The notes beneath the pieces were generated by a model. It did not search any database. It saw nothing but the letters and a program-made list of their open reading frames with translations, and had not been told where the DNA came from. Positions 36,432 to 48,124 of a stretch of DNA of 64,000 bases are shown here, one piece after another. Source of the stretch: Alistipes senegalensis (GTDB taxonomy: Bacteria > Bacillota > Clostridia > Oscillospirales > Ruminococcaceae). The stretch covers positions 40,924-104,923 of the forward strand of contig JAMPEF010000001.1 of the NCBI GenBank assembly GCA_023665275.1, given 5' to 3'. The translations under genes were made by a program, and so were the position numbers. Position 1 is the stretch's first letter. Each line of letters begins with the position of its first letter.

Positions 36432-38525
36432 TTCGAAATATGAACACTGAAATCCTGCAAGGAAAATTTTTCACCGGAAAACAATGCATTTATTTTAATA
36501 ATATAGCAAATAATATAATATCTAATATAATATTTAGTGCTTAAACTTTTATTTAAGATATATCTTAATCTTATTTTTTAAATAATATCTTTTATAAGGT
36601 TTGTGCAAATTTACCAAATGGCATTTTTGGCAAAATCGAAAATTTCTGTTAACCATATGCAACATTTTGTAAATAAATTGTAAATAATTATAATTTTTAT
36701 TTAAGTTACAAAAAATTAATACGAATTTTTTTTGTGTACTTTTACTAAAAATTTTTGATGTTTTTATAAAAATAACCTGTTTTTACAAGCTTGTGTAAAT
36801 CTGAATAACGATTTATGCAAAAGAAAATACATAATTTTTATAGATTTATTTTTAACTATTAAACAGATATATTTTATATATTTAATATTTTTTAGGCTTA
36901 AAACAGAAATAAATCAGCAGTAATAAGTTTTAATTAATTATTTTTTGTTTATATTTATGAATTGGATATAATTTTTAATATTTAAAAAACTTGGGTATAC
37001 AATTTGACGGAAAAAATCAGCATTGGCTTCCGGAAAAAATGAAAGTTTGTTCTTAAATTTCTTTAAGAAGTTCCCATCTGGAGTGAAAAAAGTGTGAATT
37101 TGGCTTTTTTTAAAAAATATTGCTATTTTCAATAAAAAATATAACATAACTGTATTTTCCGACAGAAACCGAGAATTTCAAGCAGATTTTAAAATTCTCA
37201 GTAAATATAATAACTCTCAAATTTCCTTTAAAACTGGCATTTATTCAAGATAAATTCATATAAATATACAACAGTCTATTTATTAATAAATTATTAATTG
37301 CCGGCTTTACTCTACAGAAAAACCACAAAATTTTCTGAAAGTTCAAAAAACTTAAATAAAAAGTTTTAATTTATTTTTTTGAAATCCAGTTTTTGAAGTA
37401 AAAAAATTACAATTTTATGGAAATCCTAAAAAATTTACCTTGATTTTTTAGCTGTTTACATGGAAAAAATAATTTATTAAAACTTTAATTTAAGTAAATA
37501 ATTTTCCAATTGTTAACCATAGTTAACATATGAACAAATTATTAAGGGTTCAGATGAACCGATTTGGAATTGTTATTTATTTTAATTTTTATTTTTTATG
37601 ACTTTATTATTAAATTTTTATTTATTTTTAGTTAATTTATAAAAAATATAAATAAATTATCCCATTAAAAATCACTAAATATAGCTACAAAAAATAAGTA
37701 AATAAATATAACTTTCTTTTTATGATGATTTAGTGTTTAAATTGTGAAATTATCAATTATGAACTAAATATGTATTTTTTATGAACAATTGCCGTAACGA
37801 AAAATAGCCAAAAAATCGATATCAACTACCTCTTAAATGCCGTTTTTGTGTAATAAATCACGAAAAAACGTTACATGGCAATATGCACAAACAACTTTTG
37901 TGAAAATTAAATTTTAGGCTTAATATAGCGGTTTTTTAAGATACAATATTTTTAAAGAGTACTTTTGTTCTCTGAAAAACGTTGTTTTATAACGATTTTC
38001 GGCATAAACGAATATTCTTTAAAATTTTTAATATTTAAAAAATACCGTTCATAATTTAGACATAATCAGAATATACGTTCTGTTTTGGTCGGAAAAAGAT
38101 AAAAAATTCATGTTATCCCTCGCCTGTTTTTGCCTAAATATAGGTAAAATCAGGTAGACATTGAACGAAATAACAATATACCAAAAGTTTTCAACAAAAA
38201 GAACGTAAGTTCTCAAAATTTTGTTAGATTAATGTTTGCTTTTTGATTTTCACAGTTCCAACACAAAACATGTTTCACTATCAACAGTTTATCAACATTA
38301 ATTTTGTTGAATTATCTATACAAAATATAGCCGTAAAACAAAACTTTCAACTTTTTATTCTCACTTAATTAAGAGTACTAATTTATTATTTATTTATTAT
38401 TTACGCGCCGCTAAAAAAATTCTGAAAAACAAAAAATTTGCAATTCTTGATTTTCAGAATCAAAAAATCAAAAAAAAATTATTATCAATTGTTACCAAAT
38501 TATGAATACAGGAGGAATTTTCAAA
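36432..38525. other. About 2.1-kb ORF-free, extremely AT-rich dnaA-dnaN spacer (putative extended oriC / DNA-unwinding region)
   Basis: No ORF of 60 aa or more apart from an RBS-less 69-aa antisense ORF. Only degenerate DnaA-box-like 9-mers found by eye (TTATCAACA about 38290, TTATCCCTC about 38113). GTTAAC inverted repeat at 37511-37528. Confidence 0.4.
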
Positions 38526-39626
38526 ATGAAATTCATTTGTAACAAATCAGAACTTTGTGAAGCTATCAGCAATGTTTCAAGAGCTGTATCTCCAAAGTCA
38601 GCTATTCCAGCACTTGAAGGAATTAAAGTCAAAGTTTCACCAAACGAAATTGAACTTATAGGATATAATCTTGAAATGGGTATCCGTACGGCTATTAATT
38701 CCATAACAGAAGATTCAGGAGAGTTTGTCGTAAGTGCAAGACTATTCAATGAATTTACAAAACGTATGTCAGGTGACGAAATTAATTTTGAGGTTAATGA
38801 AAATCTTGTAATCAATATTTCATGCAGTTCTACAGAATGTAGTTTTTCTGCAATGTCAGCAGAAGAATATCCGGACTTACCAGCAGTAGATTCTGAAAAT
38901 ACTTTCACTGTAAAAAATTCAGTTCTGAAATCCATGATTAATCAGACAAGTTATGCGGCATCTCTTAATGAAAGCAAACCAATTCTTACAGGCGAATTAT
39001 TCGACATTGCAGATGAAAAATTCAATATGGTTGCAATTGATGGTTTCAGACTTGCAATAAGAAGTGAAACTATAAATAATTCCGGAAAATATCAGTTTGT
39101 AGTTCCTAAAAAAGCTCTGCTTGAATTATCTTCCCTTATAAAAGATGACAGTGACTGCATTATTCATACAAACGAAAGACACATAATATTTGAAACAGGA
39201 AATGTATTCATAATTTCAAGACTTTTAGAAGGAACTTTCCATAAATATAAATTAAGTATACCTGCCGACCACAAAACAGAAATTATTATCAGTAAACGTG
39301 AATTTCTTACAGGTCTGGAAAGATGTTCACTGATTATTGATGAAAAAAATAAAACTCCCATTCACTGTGAGGCTGGTAAAGGTTTCGTAAATCTTAACTG
39401 CAAAACCGGAATAGGAAAAATAAGCGATTCAATAAAAGCTGACATTACAGGTGAAAATGTTATTATCGGATTTAACCATAAACTTATGGCTGATGCTGTA
39501 CGTGCAGCTGATGGTGATAAAATCCGCATACTTTTTAATGGCTCAAAAAAAGTTATAGAAATTCTTCCGCTTGAAAGTGAAAGCTTTATATTTCTCGTTA
39601 TGCCCATAAACCTCAAGAATTATTAA
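38526..39626 (+). CDS. dnaN: DNA polymerase III beta sliding clamp
   Basis: MKFICNKSELCEAISNVSRAV is a typical DnaN N-terminus. 366 aa. GGAGGA RBS. Confidence 0.9.
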   Translation: MKFICNKSELCEAISNVSRAVSPKSAIPALEGIKVKVSPNEIELIGYNLEMGIRTAINSITEDSGEFVVSARLFNEFTKRMSGDEINFEVNENLVINISCSSTECSFSAMSAEEYPDLPAVDSENTFTVKNSVLKSMINQTSYAASLNESKPILTGELFDIADEKFNMVAIDGFRLAIRSETINNSGKYQFVVPKKALLELSSLIKDDSDCIIHTNERHIIFETGNVFIISRLLEGTFHKYKLSIPADHKTEIIISKREFLTGLERCSLIIDEKNKTPIHCEAGKGFVNLNCKTGIGKISDSIKADITGENVIIGFNHKLMADAVRAADGDKIRILFNGSKKVIEILPLESESFIFLVMPINLKNY

Positions 39627-39787
39627 TCTGTTCTTCCAAAACAAGCAGAATACTAGATACAGAAGTAATAATGAAAAATACGGTATTCTGCTTGCTTTTT
39701 ACTGAATTTTATGATATAATTTATTTATGGCTTTAAAAAGCTGTGAATCATAAAAAATCGTTTTTAAAGACGTGAAAGGTTAATATA

Positions 39788-39997
39788 ATGGCAGAAAAAA
39801 TCAAAATAAAAACTGAATTTATCAAGCTGGAAGCATTAATGAAATATGCATCACTTGTAAATTCAGGTGGTGAGGCTAAAATGCTTATTCAGGATGGACA
39901 GGTTTCCGTAAATGATGAAGTATGCACTATGCGAGGTAAAAAAATACGTTCCGGAGATAAAGTCTCTTTCAATAAAAAAGAGGTAGTTGTGGAGTGA
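39788..39997 (+). CDS. yaaA: S4-domain RNA-binding protein YaaA
   Basis: 69 aa. Conserved dnaN-yaaA-recF synteny. S4-like [14 protein letters not shown]. Confidence 0.8.
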   Translation: MAEKIKIKTEFIKLEALMKYASLVNSGGEAKMLIQDGQVSVNDEVCTMRGKKIRSGDKVSFNKKEVVVE

Positions 39998-41112
39998 TTA
40001 TCACTTACGCTGGAATTGAAGGTTTCCGGAATCTTTCCAGAATAGAAATAAATCCCGACCCGAAATATAATATTATCTCCGGACTAAATGCACAGGGAAA
40101 AACCAATCTTCTTGAGGCTTTATGGATTATGTCAGGTTGTAAAAGTTTCAGGTCTTCCCGTGAAAAAGATTATATTTCACTCTACGGAAATAAAATGATT
40201 GCTGAAATCAGTATTCTTGACAATATCCGTGAACACAAAATACGTACTGAAATTTCACGTGGAAACAACATAAAAAACATAACTCTTAACGGCGTGAAAC
40301 AAAAAGGTTCTAAATCTCTTTTTGATGTCTTCCGGTGCATTGCATTCATACCCGATGATGTGGATATCATTAAAGGTTCGCCCGAAAAAAGAAGAAATTT
40401 CATAGATATGGCGTCTTCTCAGTTAAACCCATCATCTGTTCTGCACCTTAACCGCCATAACAGAATTATAAATCAGCGCAATGCTCTGCTGAAAGAAATC
40501 ATGAATGGCAGTACAAAACCCGATATTCTCAGAACTATAGACAGACAAACCGCCGAAGAAGGTGCTTTTATTTCTTATATGCGTCATGATTACGTCGAAA
40601 GAATAAACCATATATGTGGTGATTTATATCGTACTCTTTCCGGTGGAAATGAAAATCTTGAACTTGAATATAAATCAAACGTCTATAAGCCAGAAAACTT
40701 TAAAAAGCCTTTAAATTCTGAATCCGCTGAAATTTATTTCAGAAAATTACAGGAAACTTCAAGTTATGACATCAAAACAGGTACTACACATATGGGCGTA
40801 AACCGTGACGAAATTCTGATAAAAATAAATGGTCTGAGTGCAAAAGAATACGCATCACAAGGACAGATAAAAAGCACTGCACTTGTAATGAAACTTGCAC
40901 AGGCGGAAATTTTCATGGAAAAATCAGACGATTCACCGGTCATTTTCCTTGATGACGTCATGGGTGAACTCGACGAAAAAAGACAGAAATTTATTTTTGA
41001 TATTATCCGTAATATGCAGGTTTTTATTACCACGTGTAACGAAAGTTCATTACTTCCGGAAATAAAAGGAAAAATTTTTCATATACACGACGGAAAACTT
41101 ACCGAAGAATAA
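39994..41112 (+). CDS. recF: DNA replication and repair protein RecF
   Basis: [13 protein letters not shown] Walker A. Signature and Walker B ([11 protein letters not shown]). 372 aa. Confidence 0.9.
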   Translation: MIITYAGIEGFRNLSRIEINPDPKYNIISGLNAQGKTNLLEALWIMSGCKSFRSSREKDYISLYGNKMIAEISILDNIREHKIRTEISRGNNIKNITLNGVKQKGSKSLFDVFRCIAFIPDDVDIIKGSPEKRRNFIDMASSQLNPSSVLHLNRHNRIINQRNALLKEIMNGSTKPDILRTIDRQTAEEGAFISYMRHDYVERINHICGDLYRTLSGGNENLELEYKSNVYKPENFKKPLNSESAEIYFRKLQETSSYDIKTGTTHMGVNRDEILIKINGLSAKEYASQGQIKSTALVMKLAQAEIFMEKSDDSPVIFLDDVMGELDEKRQKFIFDIIRNMQVFITTCNESSLLPEIKGKIFHIHDGKLTEE

Positions 41113-41278
41113 TTTATAATATCCTAAAACCCTCAGGAGAACGACAGAGGCTTTCTATGCGTTTCCGTTGAATTAGTAGTATAGTTTGACCTTGAAAGCA
41201 CACAACGTCGAATACGGGCACTACAGAACGTTTTGAAAGACATTGTGTTTTTAAAAATAAATTTCGGGAGGCTGAAAA

Positions 41279-41527
41279 ATGTATCTTCACATAGGGAATA
41301 ATTATTCCGTGAATCCTTATGATGTTGTCGGGATATTTGACATAGAAAACACTACAACAGGTAAATTTACAAAGAAATTTCTTGAACGTGCTGAAAAAAA
41401 TCACTTGTGCATATATGCGACTTACGAAATGCCAAAAAGTTTCATTGTAACCGTAAAAAACGGTATGGAAAAAGTCTATATTTCACAATTATCAGCGTAT
41501 ACCCTGAAAAAACGTCTGAATGGGTAA
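41279..41527 (+). CDS. remB: DUF370/RemB (YaaB)-like small protein
   Basis: 82 aa between recF and gyrB, as in B. subtilis. GGGAGG RBS. Confidence 0.65.
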   Translation: MYLHIGNNYSVNPYDVVGIFDIENTTTGKFTKKFLERAEKNHLCIYATYEMPKSFIVTVKNGMEKVYISQLSAYTLKKRLNG

Positions 41528-41599
41528 ATTATAAACAGAAAAATATGACAGAAACTTTCTTGACGGAATCGGTTAATTTTGAAAATCGGAGGTAAATTC

Positions 41600-43522
41600 A
41601 TGAGTATACAAAACAACAATTACGACGAAAACGACATACAAGTTTTAGAGGGTCTGGAAGCTGTAAGAAAACGTCCGGCAATGTATATAGGCTCTACCGG
41701 TGAGGGTGGTTTACATCACCTTGTATATGAAATTGTCGACAACTCAATTGACGAATCTTTAGCCGGTTTCTGCACGGAAATAAACGTTGAACTGCTTAAA
41801 GGTGACGTAATCCGTGTGTCAGATAACGGGCGTGGTATTCCTACAGGTATTCACCAGAAAGAAGGCATTTCAGCGGCAACGGTAGTGTATACGGTACTTC
41901 ATGCAGGCGGAAAATTCGGCGGTGGTGGCTATAAAGTTTCCGGCGGACTTCATGGTGTAGGTGCATCAGCTGTAAATGCTCTTTCAGAATGGCTTGAATT
42001 AACTGTCTATGATGGTAAAAATATATGGTTTCAGAAATTTGAAAGGGGAAATTATTCCGAACCTATAAAAATTATCGGAAAAACTGAAAAAACCGGAACT
42101 ACTGTAATGTTTAAAGCTGACAATGAAATTTTTGAAACTACAGTATATAACCGTGAAACACTCCTGAAAAGATTACGTGAACAGGCTTTCTTGAACGCAG
42201 GTTTAAAAATTAATTTCACGGATTCACGACATGAAAATATATTTTCAGAAACAATGCATTACGAGGGCGGAATAAAACAATTTGTTGAACATATCCACAA
42301 GGTCAGAGGACTTGAAAGCCTTTCCGGAAACGTTATTTATTTTTCCGGAAATTACGGAGATATGACTGCTGAAATAGCGTTCCAGTACAATGACGGCTAC
42401 AATGAATTAATCTTATCTTTTGCGAATAATATTCATACAAAAGACGGTGGCTCACATGAAACCGGTTTCAAAAATGCACTGACAAAAGTTGTAAATGAAT
42501 ACGGAAGAAAAATGGGTCTTCTGAAAGAAAAGGAAAAACTCGGCGGTGATGATATCCGTGAGGGACTGACTGCAATTATTTCTGTAAAATTAACTGAATG
42601 TGAATTTGAATCACAGACAAAAGTGCGTTTAGGAAATCCTGAAGTAAAGCCATTTATAGAAAAATTAGTACAGGAAAAATTAATGAATTTCCTTGAAGAA
42701 AATCCGGAAATTGCCAAAATGATTTTTGAAAAAAGTCTCTCTGCACTGAAAGCCCGTGAGGCTGCACGTCGTGCAAGAGAAGCCGAAAGAAATAAAAACG
42801 CTTTCGGAAAAACTGCAATGCCTGAAAAATTAGCGGACTGTTCAGAACGTGACAACCGTTATACAGAAATCTATATTGTTGAGGGAGATTCCGCCGGAGG
42901 TTCAGCAAAACAGGGACGTGACAGACGTTATCAGGCTATACTTTCATTGTGGGGAAAAATGCTTAACGTCGAAAAAGCAAGAATTGATAAAATTTACGGA
43001 AATGATAAATTATCGCCGGTAGTTTCCGCACTTGGAACGGGTATCGGTGAGGATTTCAACATTGAAAAGTTACGTTACGGAAAAGTTATCATCATGGCTG
43101 ATGCCGACGTTGACGGAATGCACATAAGGGCATTGTTATTGACGTTCTTTTTCCGCTATATGCGACCATTAATCACAAACGGAAATATTTATATAGCACA
43201 GCCTCCGCTTTTCAGGGTTGAAAGAAATAAACAGATTCGCTATGCATTTTCCGACGAAGAAAGAGACCAGTTTATAAAAGAACTTTCGGAAGACGGAAAA
43301 TACAAGGTTGATATTCAAAGATACAAGGGTTTAGGTGAAATGAATCCAGAACAGTTATGGGAAACTACAATGAATCCGGAAACACGTACAATAGTTAAAA
43401 TTTCCATGGAAGATGCTTTAAAAGCTGACGAAATTTTTACCGTTCTTATGGGAGATAAAGTTGATTTAAGACGTAAATTTATAGAAGAAAATGCAAAATT
43501 TGTACAGGATTTGGATATATGA
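41600..43522 (+). CDS. gyrB: DNA gyrase subunit B
   Basis: YDENDIQVLEGLEAVRKRPAMYIGS N-terminus. GHKL ATPase and TOPRIM (EGDSAGGSAKQGRDR) motifs. Start at MSIQ (41600, GGAGGT RBS). Confidence 0.95.
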   Translation: MSIQNNNYDENDIQVLEGLEAVRKRPAMYIGSTGEGGLHHLVYEIVDNSIDESLAGFCTEINVELLKGDVIRVSDNGRGIPTGIHQKEGISAATVVYTVLHAGGKFGGGGYKVSGGLHGVGASAVNALSEWLELTVYDGKNIWFQKFERGNYSEPIKIIGKTEKTGTTVMFKADNEIFETTVYNRETLLKRLREQAFLNAGLKINFTDSRHENIFSETMHYEGGIKQFVEHIHKVRGLESLSGNVIYFSGNYGDMTAEIAFQYNDGYNELILSFANNIHTKDGGSHETGFKNALTKVVNEYGRKMGLLKEKEKLGGDDIREGLTAIISVKLTECEFESQTKVRLGNPEVKPFIEKLVQEKLMNFLEENPEIAKMIFEKSLSALKAREAARRAREAERNKNAFGKTAMPEKLADCSERDNRYTEIYIVEGDSAGGSAKQGRDRRYQAILSLWGKMLNVEKARIDKIYGNDKLSPVVSALGTGIGEDFNIEKLRYGKVIIMADADVDGMHIRALLLTFFFRYMRPLITNGNIYIAQPPLFRVERNKQIRYAFSDEERDQFIKELSEDGKYKVDIQRYKGLGEMNPEQLWETTMNPETRTIVKISMEDALKADEIFTVLMGDKVDLRRKFIEENAKFVQDLDI

Positions 43523-44046
43523 CAGATAAATATTTATTTGAAAAAAATTATTCAGTTCCATTTGAAATTTTCCGTGATGGATATATTGAGTTTCAGAAAA
43601 AATTTGTATTTCCACAAGCAAACGTAACAGCGATTGCATTTCTGATTTTAGCAGGAGTTTTCATATTCGCCGTAATTGACGATAATTCACAGTATTTTGC
43701 ATATTTACTTATATTTGCAAGTCTTGCAATGGCTGTACGACAATGGTATAATCCACGTAAATTACGGGCAAATTTATTTGAAAGTTTTCATGAAACTGAA
43801 AATTCAGTATATAAAATTTCCGTCACTGAAAATTATGTTGACATTGCAACAGTTTCAACCGGTGAAAATTTCGAAAATGAAGAGGAAGACTTACCGGAAA
43901 AAAGCCGTATTCCTGTTGACGAAAATTTTTCAGTACTGGAATATGATAAATATTTTCTTATTTTTTCCGGAAAAATTATATTTTATATTATTCCGAAAGA
44001 AAATTTTTCTGAAAACGAAACCGGAATTTTAAGAAATCTAAAATAA
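43519..44046 (+). CDS. Hypothetical membrane protein between gyrB and gyrA (YcxB-like)
   Basis: 175 aa, two TM helices. ATGA overlap with the gyrB stop. Confidence 0.45.
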   Translation: MTDKYLFEKNYSVPFEIFRDGYIEFQKKFVFPQANVTAIAFLILAGVFIFAVIDDNSQYFAYLLIFASLAMAVRQWYNPRKLRANLFESFHETENSVYKISVTENYVDIATVSTGENFENEEEDLPEKSRIPVDENFSVLEYDKYFLIFSGKIIFYIIPKENFSENETGILRNLK

Positions 44047-44067
44047 TTTTACAGGAGGTAACAAATT

Positions 44068-46620
44068 TTGCTTTATAATGATAATTCAAAAGTAATCAAT
44101 ACGGAAATATGCGACGAAATGCAAAATTCTGTATTGAATTATGCAATGTCGGTAATTGTTTCAAGAGCGTTGCCAGACGTCAGGGATGGTTTGAAACCGG
44201 TACACAGAAGAATTTTATATACACTCCACGAAAACGGACTTACACCAGATAAGGCATACAGAAAATGCGCCGATACAGTCGGTGCGGTATTGGGTCGCTA
44301 TCACCCACACGGTGATACTTCTGTTTACGATGCACTTGTAAGACTTGCACAGGATTTCTCAATGCGCTATCCGCTTGTCGACGGTCACGGAAATTTCGGC
44401 TCTATTGATGGCGACGGTGCGGCAGCTTACCGTTATACAGAAGCAAAAATGTCCAAAATAACGCTTGATATGCTAACTGACATAAATAAAGATACTGTAG
44501 ATTTTGTATCAAATTATGACGACAGATTAAAAGAACCCGAAGTTTTACCATCACGTTTTCCGAATCTGCTGGTCAACGGTTCTGTAGGAATTGCCGTCGG
44601 TATGGCGACAAATATTCCACCACATAATTTAGGTGAGATTATTGACGGTCTTAAATTTTTAATTTATAATCCGGAATGTTCACTAGACGAACTAATGGAA
44701 TTTATCAAAGCGCCTGACTTCCCGACAGGTGGTATCATCATGGGAAAAGCCGGAATCCGTGCAGCATATGCTACAGGTCGTGGAAAAATAATTCTCCGTT
44801 CACGTACACATTTTGAAGAAATCAAAGGCAGAAACTGCATTATTATTGATGAAATTCCGTTCATGCTAAGAAAAGAAAGACTCCTTAAAAGCATAAATCA
44901 GCTTGTAAGGGACAAGAAAATAGAAGGTCTTTATGATTTGCGTGACGAATCCGACAAGGACGGAATGCGTGTTGTTATTGAACTCAAAAAAGATGCAGTA
45001 CCGGAAATTGTTTTAAATAAACTGTTTGCATTGACTCAGTTGCAGGATACAGTCGGAATTATTATGCTTGCCCTTGTCAACGGCGAACCAAAAATTTTAA
45101 CGCTCAAAGAAATGTTGCAGAATTATCTTGAATTTCAGGTTGAAGTAATTCAGAGACGTACAAGATTTGATTTGAAAAAAGCTCTTGAAAGGTCACATAT
45201 TTTACAGGGTTTTGTGCTTGCTTCCGACCATATAGATGAAGTAATTGAAATTCTCAAGAAAAGCGGTAATATTTCAGAAGGCAAGAAAAATATCATTGAA
45301 AGATTCAAAGATGTTGATATTTCGGCACTTCTTGACCATGAAAAATATGATTTCACAGGGCTACACGTTGAAAATCAAACAGGACTTTCCGACAGTCAGG
45401 CGGAAGCTATTGTACAGATGAAATTAGGCGCTCTTACCGGTCTTGAAAGACAGAAAATTACTGACGAACTTTACGGATTACTTACTAAAATTTCAGATTT
45501 TGAAGACATCTTAAACGATATAAACAGAGTATATGAAATTATTATAAATGACCTTGATAATATCAGAAAAAAATTCAATGATAAGAGGCGTACAGATGTT
45601 GAATCGGTCAGCGGTGAAGTCGATATTGAAGACTTAATTCCGCATGAAGATTGTGTTGTTACGCTCACAAATAACGGATATATCAAGAGAATGCCCGTCG
45701 CCGAATACAAAACACAGAAACGTGGTGGACGTGGTATTACAGGCATGAAACAGCGTGAAGAAGATTTCGTTGAAGAAATGTTTGTATGCGGAAGTCATGA
45801 CAATATTTTATTTATTTCAAATTTCGGAATTATGTATAAATTAAAATGTTATGAAGTTCCGGATGGTACAAAGGCATCACGTGGATTTAATTTAATAAAT
45901 CTGCTTTCACTTGAATCTGGTGAAAAAATTACGGCAATGATAAAAACAACTGATTTCAGTGAATATAAATTCATAACAATTGTTACAAGAAACGGCAAAA
46001 TCAAGCGTACAAATCTTTCACTTTACAGAAACGTTAGTAAACGTGGATTACGTGCAATAGGTCTTGACGATGGCGATGAAATAGCAGGTGTACGCCTTAC
46101 CGACGGCAATGCACAGATTTTTGTTGCAACACACGATGGTATGCTTATACGCATTGAAGAATCAAAAGGACGCTCTATGTCACGTACAGCGCACGGCGTG
46201 AAAGTAATTAAATTGCGTAAGGGTGATTACGTTGTAGGCATTGCCCGTATGCGTGAGGGTGCATCTCTGCTGACTGTAACGGAAAACGGTTACGGTAAAC
46301 GTACAGAAATTTCAAATTATCGCATTCAGAACAGAGGTGGTTATGGTCTGAAAAATTACCGTGTTGACGAAATCCGTGGACATGTATGCGGAATAAAAAT
46401 CGTCGACGAAACGGACGATATTATTATGGTTTCAAGCGACGGAATTATTATCAGGATTCTTGCAAGCGATATAAGAATTATGGGTCAGTATGCAAAGGGA
46501 GTCCGTGTGATGAGAGTACGTGATGGCGCAAAAGTTGTAGCTTTCACCCGTGCCGAACATGACGAAAATGTAGAAACTGAAAAGGTTGAACAGAATGAAA
46601 TTACTGAAAATGAAGAATAA
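44068..46620 (+). CDS. gyrA: DNA gyrase subunit A
   Basis: 850 aa. Active-site region AAAYRYTEAKM (catalytic Tyr). GyrA-box-containing C-terminal beta-pinwheel. Confidence 0.95.
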   Translation: MLYNDNSKVINTEICDEMQNSVLNYAMSVIVSRALPDVRDGLKPVHRRILYTLHENGLTPDKAYRKCADTVGAVLGRYHPHGDTSVYDALVRLAQDFSMRYPLVDGHGNFGSIDGDGAAAYRYTEAKMSKITLDMLTDINKDTVDFVSNYDDRLKEPEVLPSRFPNLLVNGSVGIAVGMATNIPPHNLGEIIDGLKFLIYNPECSLDELMEFIKAPDFPTGGIIMGKAGIRAAYATGRGKIILRSRTHFEEIKGRNCIIIDEIPFMLRKERLLKSINQLVRDKKIEGLYDLRDESDKDGMRVVIELKKDAVPEIVLNKLFALTQLQDTVGIIMLALVNGEPKILTLKEMLQNYLEFQVEVIQRRTRFDLKKALERSHILQGFVLASDHIDEVIEILKKSGNISEGKKNIIERFKDVDISALLDHEKYDFTGLHVENQTGLSDSQAEAIVQMKLGALTGLERQKITDELYGLLTKISDFEDILNDINRVYEIIINDLDNIRKKFNDKRRTDVESVSGEVDIEDLIPHEDCVVTLTNNGYIKRMPVAEYKTQKRGGRGITGMKQREEDFVEEMFVCGSHDNILFISNFGIMYKLKCYEVPDGTKASRGFNLINLLSLESGEKITAMIKTTDFSEYKFITIVTRNGKIKRTNLSLYRNVSKRGLRAIGLDDGDEIAGVRLTDGNAQIFVATHDGMLIRIEESKGRSMSRTAHGVKVIKLRKGDYVVGIARMREGASLLTVTENGYGKRTEISNYRIQNRGGYGLKNYRVDEIRGHVCGIKIVDETDDIIMVSSDGIIIRILASDIRIMGQYAKGVRVMRVRDGAKVVAFTRAEHDENVETEKVEQNEITENEE

Positions 46621-47428
46621 TTTTCTGAAATTATTTCTTGTTTTATCTGCCGGATATATTTTTGTGGAAAATAGATTCATGCTGAAAACACGACATGAAT
46701 TTTCCGTAAAAAATAAAAAAAATGATATAAAGATTGCACATATTTCAGACGTGCATAAAAGCAGATTCGGGGAGAATAATTCCCGAATCTGTCGCATTTT
46801 AGAGCGTGAAAAATCTGACATTATTTTCATTACCGGAGACCTTGTTTCACGGACAGAAAATAATTTTTCAGGAATAAAAATCTTCCTTGAAAATTTAAAT
46901 AAAATTGCTCCGGTATTTTTGATTTACGGAAATCATGAACAATCTTTACCTGAAAATTTCCGGAATGAATTTATTGAAATTATAAAAAATTCCGGCGGAA
47001 TTTTACTTGAAAACAAATCCGTTAATTTAAAAATAAATGGCAGAAATTTAAATATATACGGTCTGAAAGAAAATTATAAAGTCTATAAAAATTGTGAAAC
47101 TTACAGAAATCTTGAAAAAATAACGCCGACAATTCTTAAAAATCTTTTAGGGAAATCACCGGAAAATAAAACAACAATTCTGCTTGCACATAATCCTCTT
47201 TTTGCGGAGGCTTATGCAGAATGGGGTGCAGATTATACTTTTTCCGGACATATTCACGGCGGACTTATAAGAATTTTAGGCAAGGGGATTTTATCACCAG
47301 AAAGAAAACTATTTCCGGAATATTCAAAAGGAATTTATAAAATAGGGAAAATGAAATTATGCGTTTCCGGTGGACTGGGAAAATTCAGAGTTTTCAATCC
47401 ACCTGAAATTGTATTTTACAGAATATAA
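46595..47428 (+). CDS. Membrane-anchored metallophosphoesterase (calcineurin-like)
   Basis: HISDVH, GDLV, GNHE, and HGG motifs. N-terminal TM/signal. Start ambiguous (46595, 46610, 46679); overlaps the gyrA 3' end. Confidence 0.7.
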   Translation: MKLLKMKNNFLKLFLVLSAGYIFVENRFMLKTRHEFSVKNKKNDIKIAHISDVHKSRFGENNSRICRILEREKSDIIFITGDLVSRTENNFSGIKIFLENLNKIAPVFLIYGNHEQSLPENFRNEFIEIIKNSGGILLENKSVNLKINGRNLNIYGLKENYKVYKNCETYRNLEKITPTILKNLLGKSPENKTTILLAHNPLFAEAYAEWGADYTFSGHIHGGLIRILGKGILSPERKLFPEYSKGIYKIGKMKLCVSGGLGKFRVFNPPEIVFYRI

Positions 47429-47440
47429 TTTACATAAATT

Positions 47441-48061
47441 CTATAAAAAAATCGCAAAAATAATTAATAAAACTCCGCCAGCCCACGAAAAATCATATTT
47501 AAATTCAGATAATTTTTTTCCGGTAAAATTTCCTGAATTTATTGAAACAATTCCGGCAATAAATGTAAATACAAAAGCTGGAAAAGGTTTTATTCCGGCA
47601 AAACCGCTGCTTATTCCCGTTGCCGCCGAATCAAGCGAACTTGCAAGCGCAAGGGCAGCGGCTTCCGTCGCTGAAAGAATTTTTGAATTATCAAAATCCG
47701 CCGTTGTTTCATCAAGATATAATTTCATTACAATTCCATATTTTCCGGAACGGACAGAAAGTTCACCCTTTTCGGAAATATGATTTGTAATGCTTTTTAG
47801 AATGCTCCTGAAAATTGTCATTATACCGATTAAAATTATTATAATTTTTCCGGAAATACTGCATACTTCCGGTGGCAGAAATCCGGATATAAAGTCCGAA
47901 AATTTCAGCGATATTCCGAGCGTTGCGGCACTTATGAAACTTATTACTGACATAGAAAAAAATGGTATTTTTATACCACTGTTACAGTAAGTCACTGCCA
48001 CAAGGTATGTATCTAAACTTACAATTATTGCAAGAAAAATTTCAGCGTACAATTTCATCAC
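47441..48061 (-). CDS. ytaF: Sporulation membrane protein YtaF-like (MntP-family fold)
   Basis: 206 aa polytopic membrane protein with DUF204-type duplicated halves. Confidence 0.6.
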   Translation of the reverse strand: MMKLYAEIFLAIIVSLDTYLVAVTYCNSGIKIPFFSMSVISFISAATLGISLKFSDFISGFLPPEVCSISGKIIIILIGIMTIFRSILKSITNHISEKGELSVRSGKYGIVMKLYLDETTADFDNSKILSATEAAALALASSLDSAATGISSGFAGIKPFPAFVFTFIAGIVSINSGNFTGKKLSEFKYDFSWAGGVLLIIFAIFL

Positions 48062-48124
48062 CTCCGGTATATAATATGCATAAAGTTACTGAGACGTCAA
48101 AAAAATAAAACGAGGTAATCTATT

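Noticed and set aside
36938-37147. 69-aa minus-strand ORF in the dnaA-dnaN spacer
   Set aside because: No RBS, extreme AT-rich low-complexity translation (K/F/I/N-rich). Typical chance ORF in AT-rich DNA.
36971-38041. Exact 20-mer AATTTTTAATATTTAAAAAA occurring twice (about 36971 and about 38022) in the dnaA-dnaN spacer as a possible DUE repeat
   Set aside because: In DNA this AT-rich, a 20-nt identity between two sites about 1 kb apart is close to chance expectation. Not reported as a feature without further copies.
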